This document shows, in pieces, positions 1 through 15,675 of a stretch of 57,365 nucleotides of DNA. The stretch comes from Basidiobolus ranarum (lineage: Eukaryota). Location: contig JASJQH010000010.1 of assembly GCA_040143965.1 (NCBI GenBank), positions 1 through 57,365 on the forward strand, in the 5' to 3' direction. Every line of letters starts with the position of its first letter. Position 1 is the stretch's first letter. Both the position numbers and the translations under genes were made by a program. Below the pieces are notes generated by a model. The model was not told the DNA's origin, made no database searches, and was given only the letters and a program-made list of their open reading frames with translations.

Positions 1-526
1 CTCAAGGTTCCTAAAGCCTACGAGCACACCAGGGTTTACCAAGATGGTGTTCTTGAAGAGTTGGGCGAGCATATTATGAGTTACTATACCTCACATGCTC
101 TATCGATTGCTTTCCCTGAATTGGTACTTCCTGGAGTCGTTCAACTCAAAAAATACATCAAAAAGTCGAAGAACATGAAGTTTATCAAACAAACTCAACA
201 GTTAATAGAGAAGATGGAGCAAAATGTTAAATTCATTGAGACTAAGCGTAATGCTATTGATTTCAGTCCCAGTGATCTCAACAATGTGGTATGTATATAG
301 TTAATAGATTGTGTAATGTAGTTGATTTTGCTAACTCGGACTTGTTTGTTCCCAGAAATGTTTCCTTCAAAGTATGGAAATCGAAAGCACCCCTCTAGGA
401 GCCTACCACAAAATCTTCATGAAGCTCAAGGAGCAAAGACAACAGCTTCTTGACTCGGTAAGCTAACTTTGTTTAATTCCAGTGTTTCAGAGTGTTTGCT
501 AATTTCGTTCTTTCCAGGCTAAATAG
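1..526 (+). CDS. NOC2: Nucleolar complex protein 2, 3' end (5'-truncated; exons 1-288, 356-457, 518-526)
   Basis: Translation RVYQDGVLEE...SIAFPELVLPGVVQLKKYIKKSKN...FIETKRNAIDFSP matches the Noc2 C-terminus. GT-AG introns 289-355 and 458-517 restore the frame up to TAG at 524-526. Confidence 0.85.
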
Positions 527-1164
527 AGATATTCGAGTACATAGAAAGGGCTTCAGGCTTCTAAAAAGAAGCTTAATAGAATATTGTATGTAATAGTGTT
601 GGACGTTCATCTTCAATCCCGTTGCCTCAGAAACTGCGATTTTTTCATTCATGTTATTACATTCGTGCATATCATTACATACGCGCACCTATAATCTCTT
701 GTAACAGGAAACAATGGGTTTTTTTTGAAATAAATGACACATGAACCGTTGATTATGAGTTGTTTAAGCAATGTTAACATGCTTTGTCATTCTGACTGAT
801 CTCTTCGATTAAGACGTGGAGAAACAGTGCAAATAGGAGTTATTCAACCACCCTACACTTCTCACTAGCCCCATCACTCAAACTACGAAGTGTTAAAATG
901 CAAACATTTCGGATTGTGTTGAAGGCTGCTCTGTTTCTGTTGCATTACTTATTAATTAAGTACTGAATACGTCATATTGGATAAAAACTTCTATATACCT
1001 TCCTGTTCCAATTAGCCTAGCTTCCTGTGCTTCCTGTTTCATACTCAACATGATTTACAGTCTTGGCTTAGATCGATTTGAGGGGATCTACAATGCTCTG
1101 TTCTCGTCAAGAGTGAATACGCGGTGCTTTATACTGTTTTGATTCATTTACGATGGCGAAAGTG

Positions 1165-1220
1165 AGGGTAAAATTAAGGGTAAAAATGAGGGTAAAATTA
1201 AGGGTAAAATTAAGGGTAGG
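1165..1220 (+). repeat. 12-bp tandem repeat (AGGGTAAAATTA) x ~4.5
   Basis: Units at 1165, 1177 (variant), 1189, 1201 and a partial unit at 1213, read directly from the sequence. Confidence 0.9.
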
Positions 1221-2176
1221 TGCTTCAAACTGTCACCACACTATAGTGGTCCATGCTGGAAATATTCATTATAATATATGCACTCTGCATCTAAAATCAG
1301 TATTTGCTAAATCCAATAACTACGCACATCAACAACAACACTAACATATCAATTAATAGAATGTCCGTCTATTTGTTACCTATTACGTGACTGCTTTGTG
1401 ACTATGTGACGCCCGCTAGGATCATGGTTAACGGATTTGGTCGGGATTTAGTGGCAGCAGAATCTTAACGAGTACGAGAACATGCATTATTCGCGATACG
1501 GAATGGGATTGATTGAGACAAGTACTCTTCAAAGGTAAGTCTTGTTAATTTCAAACCAATCTATATTAATTCGATACCTAACTTATGGGGCTAAATTCAT
1601 TTTGTTAATTCATCGCACTAATTGATCGAAAGGCGATACCAACCTGGTTGTCATCCTCTGTGTTAGCATTCACTGTGATATAAATTATTTTTCTACAAAT
1701 ACCTCTCCCTGTATAATTTACTCCTTCATTGGACCTTTCTCATTATTCTCCTTTTCCTTCTCTCCTTCGAAAACATCAGTACTCCGTATAATTAATAACG
1801 TCAACGTATCTCCCCGAGACACTGTTTAAGGGTACCGCGATTTAAAAGCTCCCATTTTGAACAAACCAATCCCACTTAGCTCATACCTCGACCTAGTCTA
1901 CTTTCATAACCCCTCGGCTTTATATTCGCATCGTTCTCATTCGATAGTTGGGGAACCTCCTGGTAGAGGGACTTTGATATCTAGAAACCCGAATACATAT
2001 CCACATTTATCTCTCCAGCCTAGCATGCCCTTGCTCTCTCCCAAAGGTATAACTCAGATCACTGAGAACAATACTTGCACACATATATTTTTGTCTTGTG
2101 AGTTCTGACTAATCTTTCTTAATTACCAAACTTCCTACTTCAACCTTGCTACCTTGGTTTTCTTGCTTTTCTATCG

Positions 2177-4630
2177 ATGGCACAATTATTAGATGCTTTA
2201 TACATAACTCCAAGATCCGCAAAAGCAATACTAACTCAAATCGGTTCAAGTCCAATATCGGATGATGTGGTGTTCGCTATCAATGGTTTCTTGGACGAAT
2301 TACTTTTCTCTCTAGTTACATACCTACCAGGCACCGGAGTGGTAGGAATTTCTGATATGGATGCTGCTCTAGTCAAAGCATTACCGAGCATATGCTTAGC
2401 TACTGAAATCATTCAACAGACACGTAGAGTCAGAAAGATTCAAACACCAGTTACTTACTCTTCAGCACTTTGGAATAACCCCGCATGTGAAGACCATTTA
2501 TGTACTGTTCTCTCTACGAACAAAATGCAAAAGCGCTACGAACAGTTGAGGTCCTGTTGCCTACAATGTAGCTCTTTAGGTGTTAAAAATGGAACGAAAC
2601 CATTTAAATTATTATATGGAACTATTTGTTCTAGTAGTTTCAGTCTAACAGTTACCTTTTACGTTACAACCATGATTGAATCTCTGGCGAAATACTTGCT
2701 AAACAGCATAGGGGTATTGGCTAAGCAACTTTTAAAATCATCTGTGGATCTTGAGGATGTTTTACACGCATTTAGCCTTGATGAACAAATCAAAGAAATC
2801 TTTATAAAGATGGATTTGAGGAAAAAATTGGAGGTATAACCATATGTTGACGTTTTATTTGGAATCTTCTTATTAACCTTACTCTGTTCTTATTATATTG
2901 TGAATTCAGAAGCAACTGGGCTTGAAATGTAAAGGTAGAAACCGATTAAGTCTTGTAGATAAGCGGGAACCAGTATTCATGTTTGGTAAATTGCGATTCT
3001 CATTATTATATTGACTACAACTCGAGCTAACTTGAGTTGAATATAGAAAATCTCTCTGAAGCGTCCGATCCAATAGATTTGATTCATAGTCGAATAGAAG
3101 TAGCAGAGCAAAAACCGAGTGCCAAAAGCAAATTTAGAGGATCAAGACTATTCACCTCCATTCCATTTCTACTTAAGCGTGGAGGAAAAGAAAACACCAA
3201 ACCGTGGCCCGGAACAGCAGCCCCCAATTCTCCTGAAGAGCCTTTAAGTAAATCAAACCCGGCTTCGCCTAAAGCCGAGTATTTCCGTTTCACACCATCT
3301 GTAACTCCTTGTGATGAATCTACTTTGGCGAATTCCAATAGGTCTATGATTGATGAATTTGACAAAAATAAGAAGGTAAATCATATTATATTTGTGTTTG
3401 TATTTGTATTCACCTTCTGATATCTCTAATGATTTTATCAGAATTTTGAGTTTAAAGAACTGATTGAATCAAATTCTACTCGACGGGTATCTTTAACTGC
3501 CCAGCGTTTGAAGACCATAGAGGTAACCTAAAATCAGGCTATAAAATATTCAGATGGATAACAGCTTAACAACTTCATGACTTTTAATTATCACTTAGTC
3601 ACCCAGACGCTTGAGCAACATGTATGCTACCCAGTCTATCTGCAAATCCATAAATACTATTGAAGAGCATTCTGATGAAGGAGAACCTAGTGCCAGGAGT
3701 AGTTACATATCAACTGAGCACTACACACTCAAGCCCGAGAAATCCAAGTCAGTGTGTGAGGTACTTTTTTAATTCATATTTTGATCTATATGCAGTGCAT
3801 TCATCAAGTTTTCCTAGGTTGAGCCATTTGGTAAACTGATTCCACGTAAAGCCGGTGGATCATTCAAGAATATAGTAAGGGATAGGGGCTCCTCGTCTGA
3901 TGACGATGAATTATCATCTTTGGAGGGGGCAGCCAAATTTACATACAAAGGAGCGAGACGTAATCGTCGTAATTCTGAGACTGTAGTGGATTTTTTAAAA
4001 AACGAAGCCCAACTATATTCCAACGAAAATATTGGTATGAAAGTAAATCAAACTCTGTCTAGAGCGAACACGCAATTACAACGGATCCCTGGCTCGATTT
4101 GTCGCTCAACCACTGTTCATAGTAAAGCCCAAAATCAAGAAGTAGTCGATAGTTCGACACCTATCGAGCATACAATCCCTGACCTGGCACGCAACGAAAG
4201 AAGACGTAGACGGGGATTATCGGTGCCGATGATATTGGATTTCCCCAAGCTCCCTTATGGACACAACAATCTTTCGACAGATATAAGAGAAAGAGCAGAT
4301 TTCGCGTCAACAACATCAGCCACCAACCCAAGTACATCAGAACAACTTCGTCCATTATCGGTTTGTGAAAGCGGGAGCACGTCTAGTTCACCCGATTCAC
4401 TTCTTTTAAACAATACTTCAGAGATCTCAGTACTTCCCCCAAGTACACCAAGTGACCTAAGTATGCACAAAAGTATGGGAGACTCAATACACCCAGATAT
4501 ATATTTCATTTCTAATACACCCAAAACTTTACCTTCGAAAAGATATTCTATCGCCGCCACTCCAACAGAAATTGTCTTGCCATTTTGTTTATGTTCTGAA
4601 TGTTTAAATGGAATGTTACAACGCTTTTGA
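2177..4630 (+). CDS. Multi-exon hypothetical protein with a helical (possibly histone-fold-like) N-terminus and a Ser/Pro-rich disordered C-terminus
   Basis: ORFs 2177-2839, 3037-3420 and 3920-4630 lie on the same strand, separated by short GT-AG introns (GAG|GTATAA ~2834, AAG|GTAAAT ~3376, GAG|GTAACC ~3523, GAG|GTACTT ~3761). No family recognised with confidence. Confidence 0.7.
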
Positions 4631-5076
4631 AGTATGATTTGAAGTAGTTGTAAATCACATTTCTCATATATAAAATGCATTTTCCAAATCCTCCTTGATA
4701 AACTGCGATTTCAATGATATTTTGAATATCTCACGTAGGCTGGCTACTACACAGGGGAATAAAATAAAATGTCAAGTTTATTTCCTTTTTTTTTCTAATA
4801 TAATAGTAATGTTGTAAATATCTATGATTCGAACATGGAAATAACCAAAAGAGAACTGAACGTCGCAAAGATAAACTGATAATAGTTCAGTATTCATGTG
4901 GGGAGTATCATCACGAATGTTGAAACAAACGAGAAGCACATACCACAATTCTCTTGGGGTAAAAGAATATAAATGATCAACATAATTATTTTGGACATCC
5001 TGTACACAAATGAATCTGGGAGAGTGAAGTGAAAGTAAGGAGATATAGTAAGAAGATCGGACATTCTCCATGTACC

Positions 5077-6970
5077 TTACTCTTTGGAAGGTGCAGCGAA
5101 TTTGTTGGAAACTTTCTTGAATTTAGCAACAAAGAAACCATCCATATTATGAGTATGGGGATAATAACGACGAGTGAGATTAAGGGATTGATGATATTTC
5201 TTTCCTCTATAATTAGTATAACCATTAACACCAAAGCTAAGTCCGGTGGAGACCAACTTAACATTAGGACGCTTCATAAGAGCATAGTTGATAACATCTT
5301 CATTCTCATCGACAGTGATGGAACAAGTGGAGTAAACGATGTAACCACCAGTCTTGGAATTGGCATCTACGGAATCAATGGCCGAGAGGATAAGCTCCTT
5401 TTGCAAGTGAGAAAGCATCTTGAAATCTTGCTCAGTCTTGTTAGTCTTGACCGATTGATCCTTGGAAATAACACCAGTACCAGAGCAAGGGGCATCCAAA
5501 AGAACACGATCAAAACCACCGATAACTTTAGGGAATTCTCTACCGTCATAATTGCACACTACGGTGTTGCGCACGCCAAGTCTGTGAATGTTGGCAACCA
5601 AAGCCTTGGTACGATCTTTGTTGGCATCGTTGGCGAAAACACATCCAGTATTCTTAATAAGAGCAGCGATATAAGTAGTCTTACCACCTGGGGCAGATGC
5701 CATATCAAGAATACGCTCATTCTCTTGGGGAGCAAGAGCCATAACGGGAAGGAAGGATGAAGCAGTCTGGATCATATAGTGACCAGCCAAATATTCAGGG
5801 GTGGCACCAACTGGAACTGGTGCATCGAAAATTTGAAGACCAACCTTGGACCATTTACCAATAGGATCCAAGTTTACACCTCTGTTGATGAGAGCTTGGG
5901 CAAGATCACGACGACGAGTTTTCAAGGTGTTAGTTCTGATGGTGACAGGACGAGGAACCTCGTTAGCTTCCAAGAACTCAGTTAACTCAGCGAGGGGGAA
6001 GATATGGAAGAATTTGTCCATGAGATATTCGGAGTAGCCATAATAAGTAGCCAAGTCCTTAACCAAAAGTTCTGTATAATCAGTACGTGATCTTTCGGGA
6101 TCTCTTAGCTCCTTGAAGTTGCTAAGAACTCGGGTAATATCAGCAATTCTGTGCTTTACTACGATAAGATCAGGAGCAACCATGCTCTCTTGCTCAATTT
6201 CTTGTCCACTGGGAAGTACAAACACTTCACTTTCAGCGATATTGGTTTTAAGTTCAGCTTCAGCATCTTCCTCCATCTTGCGCTGCTTAGCCTCGAGCTT
6301 CTTGGATTTGGCTTCGGAAAGACCACCTTCGAGATCATCATCAGAATCCATATCACTACCGAAATCATCATCATCATCGGGTATCTCGTCAGAGTTAAGT
6401 TCACCTTCAGAATCTGAAGCAAAGTCACCCTCTGATGGATCGGAACCAAAGTCATCATCGGTACCCTGAGAACAAGAAAGTTAATATCAAATAGTTTTAA
6501 AAGTTCCATAAGTAAACACATACCATGTCATCGTAAGCATCTTCACTCTTTACAGATTTCTTTGGCTTAAGCCAAGCAGCATTTTCATCAGAATAACCCT
6601 TCTTGGTCTTAGGGACCTCAACTTCTTCGTCAGAGTCTTCAAACAAAGCAGCCTTAGCGGCCTTAGAGTTGGCCTTAGGGGCAGGTTTAGCAGCAGATTT
6701 AGTAGCCGATTTTGGTGTAGCCTCTTTCTTCAAAGGCTTGGTCTTCTTGGGTGGAGGAGAAACTTCCTCTTCAGATTCGGAATCAACCTCAGCCTGAACC
6801 TTACGCTTCTTGGGTTGAGCTCTATTATCTTGTCTCTTTGTTGGGGTAGGGGTTCTCTTGTTAGGAGGAGCATTGGTTCCTTTTTTAACAGTGCTTCCCT
6901 TTTTCGAACCTTTAGGGGTGGTATCATAAGGGGAGGGATCTCCTTGCTTGTTCTTAGCTTTGCGACCCAT
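5077..6970 (-). CDS. NOP2: 25S rRNA m5C methyltransferase Nop2 (exons 6970-6524, 6465-5077)
   Basis: Motifs GATPEYLAGHY, ILDMASAPGGKT, FDRVLLDAPCSG, IVYSTCS and YPHTHNMDGFFVAK; Lys-rich/acidic N-terminus; one GT-AG intron. Confidence 0.97.
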
Positions 6971-7457
6971 ATTACGTGATTATACCGAAATGAATGCTCA
7001 AACCCGGAAGAGTGAATATTCTACTTCTATGTAAACTCCTCTACACTAGTAATTTAGAAAAAAAAAAATTAAAAAAATTCTGATGTCGAAGAAAAAAAGG
7101 GTTATTATTGGAATTTTTTTCACTAACCAGTTGAGGTTGGAACGCTGTAGCATGAAAATCATCTAATCAACATAGTTTAATCATGGTTGAATTAATTAAT
7201 ATTCAACTCTGATGTGACGTCTAAGCTGTCTCGAGAATTATGGGATAAATGGTGAAAATCGATACTGCTTCACCTCTCGAAACCAATTGCTAGTTGATTA
7301 GTAAGGTTGGATATTCTTTGACTGCTGGTTTAGAATTACACAGTTATTATCAACGAATAAAACTCTCAAATCGCGACGCAGTCAGCTTGATGACTCAAAT
7401 CAATTTCAATGCATATAAAGCTAGCTAACTGTATAGCTTAGTATCCGCTTTGCACGT

Positions 7458-9732
<2,275 letters not shown>

Positions 9733-10016
9733 GGGTTTGAGAGTATTTCATAAATTTAATCAGACATTTGCGACATTTACAACTTTTGCTTAAATCCACA
9801 ATAAACGATGAATCCAGCTCAACTATGGTTGATGCTGCAGTAACGAAAATAAGTGTAATTGGTAATCAATGTGATGTATTTAAATACGTAATGAACGATG
9901 TATTATAGAACACTACTACACTGCAACATGTTACAAATGTGAAAGTGTCCTTTTCGAATCGAAATAAGGAAAATAAGACAAGAATTGAAAAATAATAATA
10001 ACACTAAACACATTGC

Positions 10017-11474
10017 TTATTCTTGCATGGTAGCCTAAAGAAGCATCCGGTTTGATTAATAGAAATCTATGAAATGAAAGCTCTATAGTAAACTTACTCC
10101 ATTGTCAACTAGCATGTAGCTATCTAATTCAGCATCCAAGTCGTCTCTACTGGCGGGTTCACGTTTGCTACGAGGTTCACCCTTGCCACCATTACCGTTA
10201 TTCTTACGTCTATCTCCTCTTCTTTGGCCTCCACGTGGGCGGTTGTTACCAGATCTGTTAGCGCCACTATGATTGTGATGATAAGTTTCCCAAGGTTAGA
10301 GAAGAGGATAATTTGAGAGTATTTGTTAATTAAATATATCAAGTGATTTAGAGTAGAAGTACTACAATCAAATTTAAGAAGTTGCCAATTCTCTCGCTTT
10401 TCGAAGGAAAGTTGATCCCTCGTAAAAATCGACTCCTCCCGAATTTACCGTCTATCACATAGAGCAAATACACGACCTTTCTCAAACTTAGTTCCCATTG
10501 ATCTTAGTCTTAAACTTGGTTTTGCTATGATATTCAATGATCGCTTGTATGAGAACACAAAGACTCATGAACTAAATCACACATCGTTTGTCTCTGTAAC
10601 GGTTACATAAAAACATCGAAGAGTAACGTTTACGTGGGACAAAACAGTACTCGAAGAAAGGACTTGGTACCATAGAAATGGATGGGTAGAAAAGAAACAT
10701 ACTTTCTGGGTGCACCACCAAGGCGACTCAATATAGAAGACGGAGGAGCGGAAGATTCGCGACCAAGGGGAGCGTATTCAATTCTCATGGGTTTTCCTGG
10801 TTAAATGAAAGAAGTTATTCTATGTAAAAGACGGGGATACTCTCCATTGCAAAATTAATAACTTACCATCAAGTGTAACGTTGTTGTATTGCTGAATAGC
10901 TTGGGCGGCATGAGCGGGAGTCTCAAACTGAATCTTAGCAATGCCTGTCGATCTTCCAGCAGCATCAAAAACGATGTTAACTCTCTTCAATGGACCAACA
11001 GTGGAAAATAATTCCTGTATATTAAAAGCGACATTCAAAAGATCAGAAAATGGAATACCCAGATGAAGAAAAACCAAGTGCTAACCTCAAGATCTTGTTG
11101 AGAAACCTCGTAGTGAAGATTTTGAACTTGAATCTTTCTAAAAGTAGTAGTGTCGTTGGTGGTACGAACGCTGGCAGTTACAGTTTGCTTGTTATCGTCA
11201 AATAAGTCATGTGTCCATTGACCGTCATTGTCATCGTTACGACGAGGCTTCTATAGTAAGTGAGAAGGAAGTTAGTCAAGAACAATCTGATGGATTGAAT
11301 TGGTTGGTTTATTACCTGACGTGAATATGGAGTGGAACGATTTCTACGATCGTTTCTGCCACGACCACCCTTTTTATCGGATCTGGAGTTGTCACTACCT
11401 CTAAGTTTTTTATCGGTCTTGATCATGTCCTCAAGAGACATGTCAAGGATGCTGTTATTGTCAGTAGATTCCAT
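10017..11474 (-). CDS. YRA1: mRNA export adaptor Yra1/ALYREF (exons 11474-11316, 11250-11086, 11014-10867, 10796-10703, 10266-10098, 10034-10017)
   Basis: N-box LDMSLEDMIK, WTHDLF motif, central RRM (IQVQNLHYEVSQQDLEELFSTVG...YNNVTLDGKPMRIE), C-box DDLDAELDSYM. Confidence 0.92.
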
Positions 11475-12666
11475 GTTTGAAATATTAAATGGGTGATGAA
11501 ATTCAGGTAACGGACAGAAGTGAGCTGGAATGAAAAAAAGGATTCAAGCGCGTAAACTTAATAAATGTAATATTGGATTTATTTGATTCGCCTTTTGTCC
11601 AGGAATTTACTAGCTGATTTTATTGGAATTTTAAATCACGTAGGAAGAGGATTTTTCGTACAATTTGAGATGGATTCTGCGACATCAGGTATGAATTAAG
11701 CAAATTTCAAAATCACTATTTAGCATTTAGCATAAAATATCTACCACTGATGATTGACTAGCTAATCGTAGAGACCAATAAACTCTTATACCGATGTTGA
11801 AGTGGCATGCTAGTTCGTGCGTCCAATTGGAGTAAATAAGCTAAACTGGCGGATATATATATAATAATAAGGCTTATTGGGGTATTTATGATCCTATGTG
11901 TAGTCAATCTCTTCGCCTAGGCTTGTTGATTGATGATTATTTAGGCGTATGATAGACGTTGACTTGGTAGCATGCATGTTACTCACGCAATCATCCCCTC
12001 ACCATGTGCAATACTTGGATAGAAGGAGTTCAACACATATAAGGTTACTTCAGTTATTGCCATAAAACTATGGGGCACTCCTTGTCAACTAGTTGTAACA
12101 GTGCACAGGTCAGTATAATATAATATCATTTCATTTAAGATCTTATAGTATCCTAATATATACATGCCCAAATCGAGATATCGATTCATAGGACTTTTGT
12201 ATTGATTAGAGTATGCTTAATATTTATGTAAATTTTAGTATTTTATAATTCGGAATTAGACTAATGGAAGAACATTCCCATTCGAATCAAAATTCACTAG
12301 CATTTTATAGCTCAATTCGTTGGCGCGTCCCTTTTGGCCTATTTTTTTTCCTCCGCTCCTTTCAGCCTTCCTGCTTCTTTCTCTCTATACTAGTTCTGAG
12401 AGGTATTACTATTTCACCTAGTTTACGGGAATATTTTTGGTTTCTTACTATCTTAATACATTTAGCAGAATAGTAAACTGACTTTATCGTATACACCTTA
12501 CTTGAGCGACATAAGTGTGTTTTAAACGAGTCCTTGAGTAAAAATCATCGCGATCATCTATTTTTTCTAGTCATCTTGAAAGACTATTACTACACTACGA
12601 CCGGTCGATCGTCTTTGAACGCGTTTAATTTTCGGAAATTCGCGCCTTTTCTATACTTCACCCATA

Positions 12667-15331
12667 ATGTCGACCAACGGTACAGCACCGGCTGTTAGAG
12701 CAACCCCTAACCTCCCTCCGCAACAATTGACAGTTTCTCAAAAGCTTGTTTCGATGAATGAACAGACCTGGCTTCAACTAGGTTAGATTCAGTTTTCTTT
12801 GGTTAATTCATCCCTAACATCTTGATTAACCCAATACTCCTTAGGTGCTTTGGCAGAATTGATGCTTGATCATGATCGAGCCATGAACGCTTATGAGGCT
12901 ACTCTAAGGCATAACCCTTATTCTGTTTCCGCACTCACTCAAATCGCTTCATTATGTAGAAGCCGTGAGCAATTTCCAAAGGTATATATTCAGTTAGAAA
13001 TGTAACTTATAGGCACGTTTCTAAGATCTAGCACTATTAGGCTGTGGAATATTTTCAAAGGATTCTTAATATAGAAGGAAATCATGGGGATATTTGGGGG
13101 GCTTTAGGACATTGCTATTTAATGATGGACGATTTACAGAAGGCTTACACTGCGTATCAACAAGCATTGTATCATCTGCCTAATCCAAAAGTAAGTCTTA
13201 CTGGTTGCTTTGAATACGATATATTGGTTTTCTAATTATATTCTTCATAGGAACCTAAACTTTGGTATGGAATTGGTATACTTTATGATAGGTATCAGTC
13301 TTTAGAACATGCAGAGGAGGCATTCTCCGCTGTCTTGCGAATGGATTCTAAATTCGAAAAAGCAAACGAAATTTACTTTCGACTGGGCATTATATACAAA
13401 CAACAGCAGAAATTTGACTTGAGTTTGCAGGTAAGAGAGATCCTGCCTATTACCTCCTTTTTACATCACTTACTAAGTGTTACTGCGCTAGTGTTTTCAA
13501 TACATTCTTCGCTCACCTCCTCGTCCACTTACCGAAGTTGACATTTGGTTTCAAATTGGTCATGTATATGAGCAACAGAAAGAGGTAAGTCAACTATAAC
13601 ATTCGCATTTTGTCTTGATAAGAAATATATACTGAGATCTCGTAATAGTTTCAATCAGCAAAGGAGGCTTATGAGAGGGTCTTATCCGAAAATCCAAATC
13701 ATGCTAAAGTTCTGCAACAACTTGGTTGGCTTTTCCATCAACAAAATGCGCCATTTTGTAATCAGGATGCCGCCATTACATATTTGACGAAGTCTATTGA
13801 GGCAGATGGTGCTGACGCACAATCCTGGTATTTGTTGGGGCGCTGCTACATGGCTCAACAAAAATACAATAAGGCTTATGAGGCTTACCAACAGGCAGTC
13901 TACCGCGACGGACGCAACCCTACTTTCTGGTGCTCTATTGGTGTACTTTACTACCAAATTCACCAATATCGGGATGCACTGGATGCTTACAGCCGTGCCA
14001 TTCGCCTCAACCCTTATATCAGTGAGGTTTGGTATGACTTGGGTACTCTGTATGAGTCATGTAACAATCAAATCAATGACGCTATCGATGCCTACCAACG
14101 TGCTGCCGAACTTGATCCTAACAATCCTCATATTAAGCAGAGGTTACAATTGCTTCGAAATGCTCAAACAGCTGGTTCTCAACCAGCTGCTCCAGCGCCT
14201 CAAGATGTGAACCTCACCACCTACCAAAACAATACCAATTTCCCATCTCAACTTCAACAAGGTGGTGCCATTCAAGGTCCTCCCCAAGGATTTCCTGGAT
14301 ACCCTCAAGGACCACCTGGCGATCGTCCTGCTCCGCCACAAGAGTTTGCAAACCTTGGTCGTCGTACTCCTCCACCTCACGAGCAACCTTCAATCAATAG
14401 AAATGAGCAACCTGGTCCACGCGGTCCATATGGAATGAGTGATAATAGGCCTTCTTATCCACCACAGATGAGTCCAAACCCTCCTATGTCCAGACCACCT
14501 TTGGCGGATTCGCCTCATCATAATATGGATACTAGAATGCAACCGTCGTCCGAAATGAATCCATCATATAATCGACAATCCGACAACCGCCCACCTCTAT
14601 CTGGAGAAAAGAGAGAGCCTGGGGATATCACACGATTAAGTAATGGCATTAGCAATTATCATAACCATGATAGTCCAGTACACAATGATTCATTCCCTAG
14701 ACCTAATGAATCTAATGTTGGTGATAGAAGACCTCAAAACATGCACTCACCCATGAATATCAATAGACCGAAACCCGAAAATTACTCCCCCAACGGACAA
14801 AACTTCAAATACGAGCCATTCGACCATAGCGGTCGTAACACGCCAGGCGGTGCAAGTGATTCCAAGAAGGGTACTGTAGAAAGTAAAAGTGACGAACTGA
14901 AAAGTGAAGTCCGAAACATAGAGGACAAGCCTGGTGCTCGACAAGAAAAACCTAACGAAGCTAGTGATAATAAATCTTATGGAAATACCAAACAGCTTGA
15001 TGAAGATTATGACGGTGCTGATGCTTTAATGAGTATGATGAGTATGCGAGGAGGTAAAGAAAACTCCGTAAGCCAAGAATCGGAAAAAATCGAACCTAAC
15101 GAACCTAAAAGAAGCTTGACCGTACCTCCTACACTACCTATAAATGAAGAATCTCCCAAGCAATCTTCTGCCTCTCCTCATCTTGCCCACTCACAGAACA
15201 ATTCTAATGGAACGCGTGGTGGTTCCGTACCTACCGAAAATACCGGTGCAAATCATAGCGCGCATAGTTCACCTCAATTATCCACTCAATCACCAACACC
15301 ACAGAAGAAACAAATACAACAGGAAAAATGA
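12667..15331 (+). CDS. CYC8: General transcriptional corepressor Ssn6/Cyc8 (TPR protein)
   Basis: NEQTWLQLG start; TPRs WGALGHCYLMMDDLQKAY, DAQSWYLLGRCYM and YRDGRNPTFWCSIGVLY; Pro/Gln-rich tail with a LDEDYD motif. Several GT-AG introns in the 5' half. Confidence 0.96.
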
Positions 15332-15675
15332 GAATAATATAAGAATACACGCATTCAATTCAGACCTCCCATTTCTTTCGTTTTTATTATACTTTTCTAT
15401 TGTTTGTTATCTTTTTGGCGAATATTCTTTGTAGTTTCTCTTGACCTTACACTATGGTTATATAAAATTTTTACAGTAGTGTTTCAAACTCATAATCTAA
15501 ATGTGTGGTTATCTTCATTGAGCTTCCATGAATGTTTCTATTTACTACACTGTTGAATTGGACAGAAAATCAAACCAATGCTAAGAAAATATGGGGAATA
15601 ATTTTCATTTATTGACAAATCTAAGAAATAATATTTAAGGGGAACTATTTAACGAGTCTAATTTATAATTGAATT

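Noticed and set aside
1153-1344. ORF with VKLRVKMR repeats
   Set aside because: It is simply the translation of the 12-bp tandem repeat; no other coding evidence.
5029-5760. 243-aa plus-strand ORF
   Set aside because: Antisense shadow of the NOP2 coding exon. Similar shadows overlap RPS17, the AA11 genes, CYC8 and samB.
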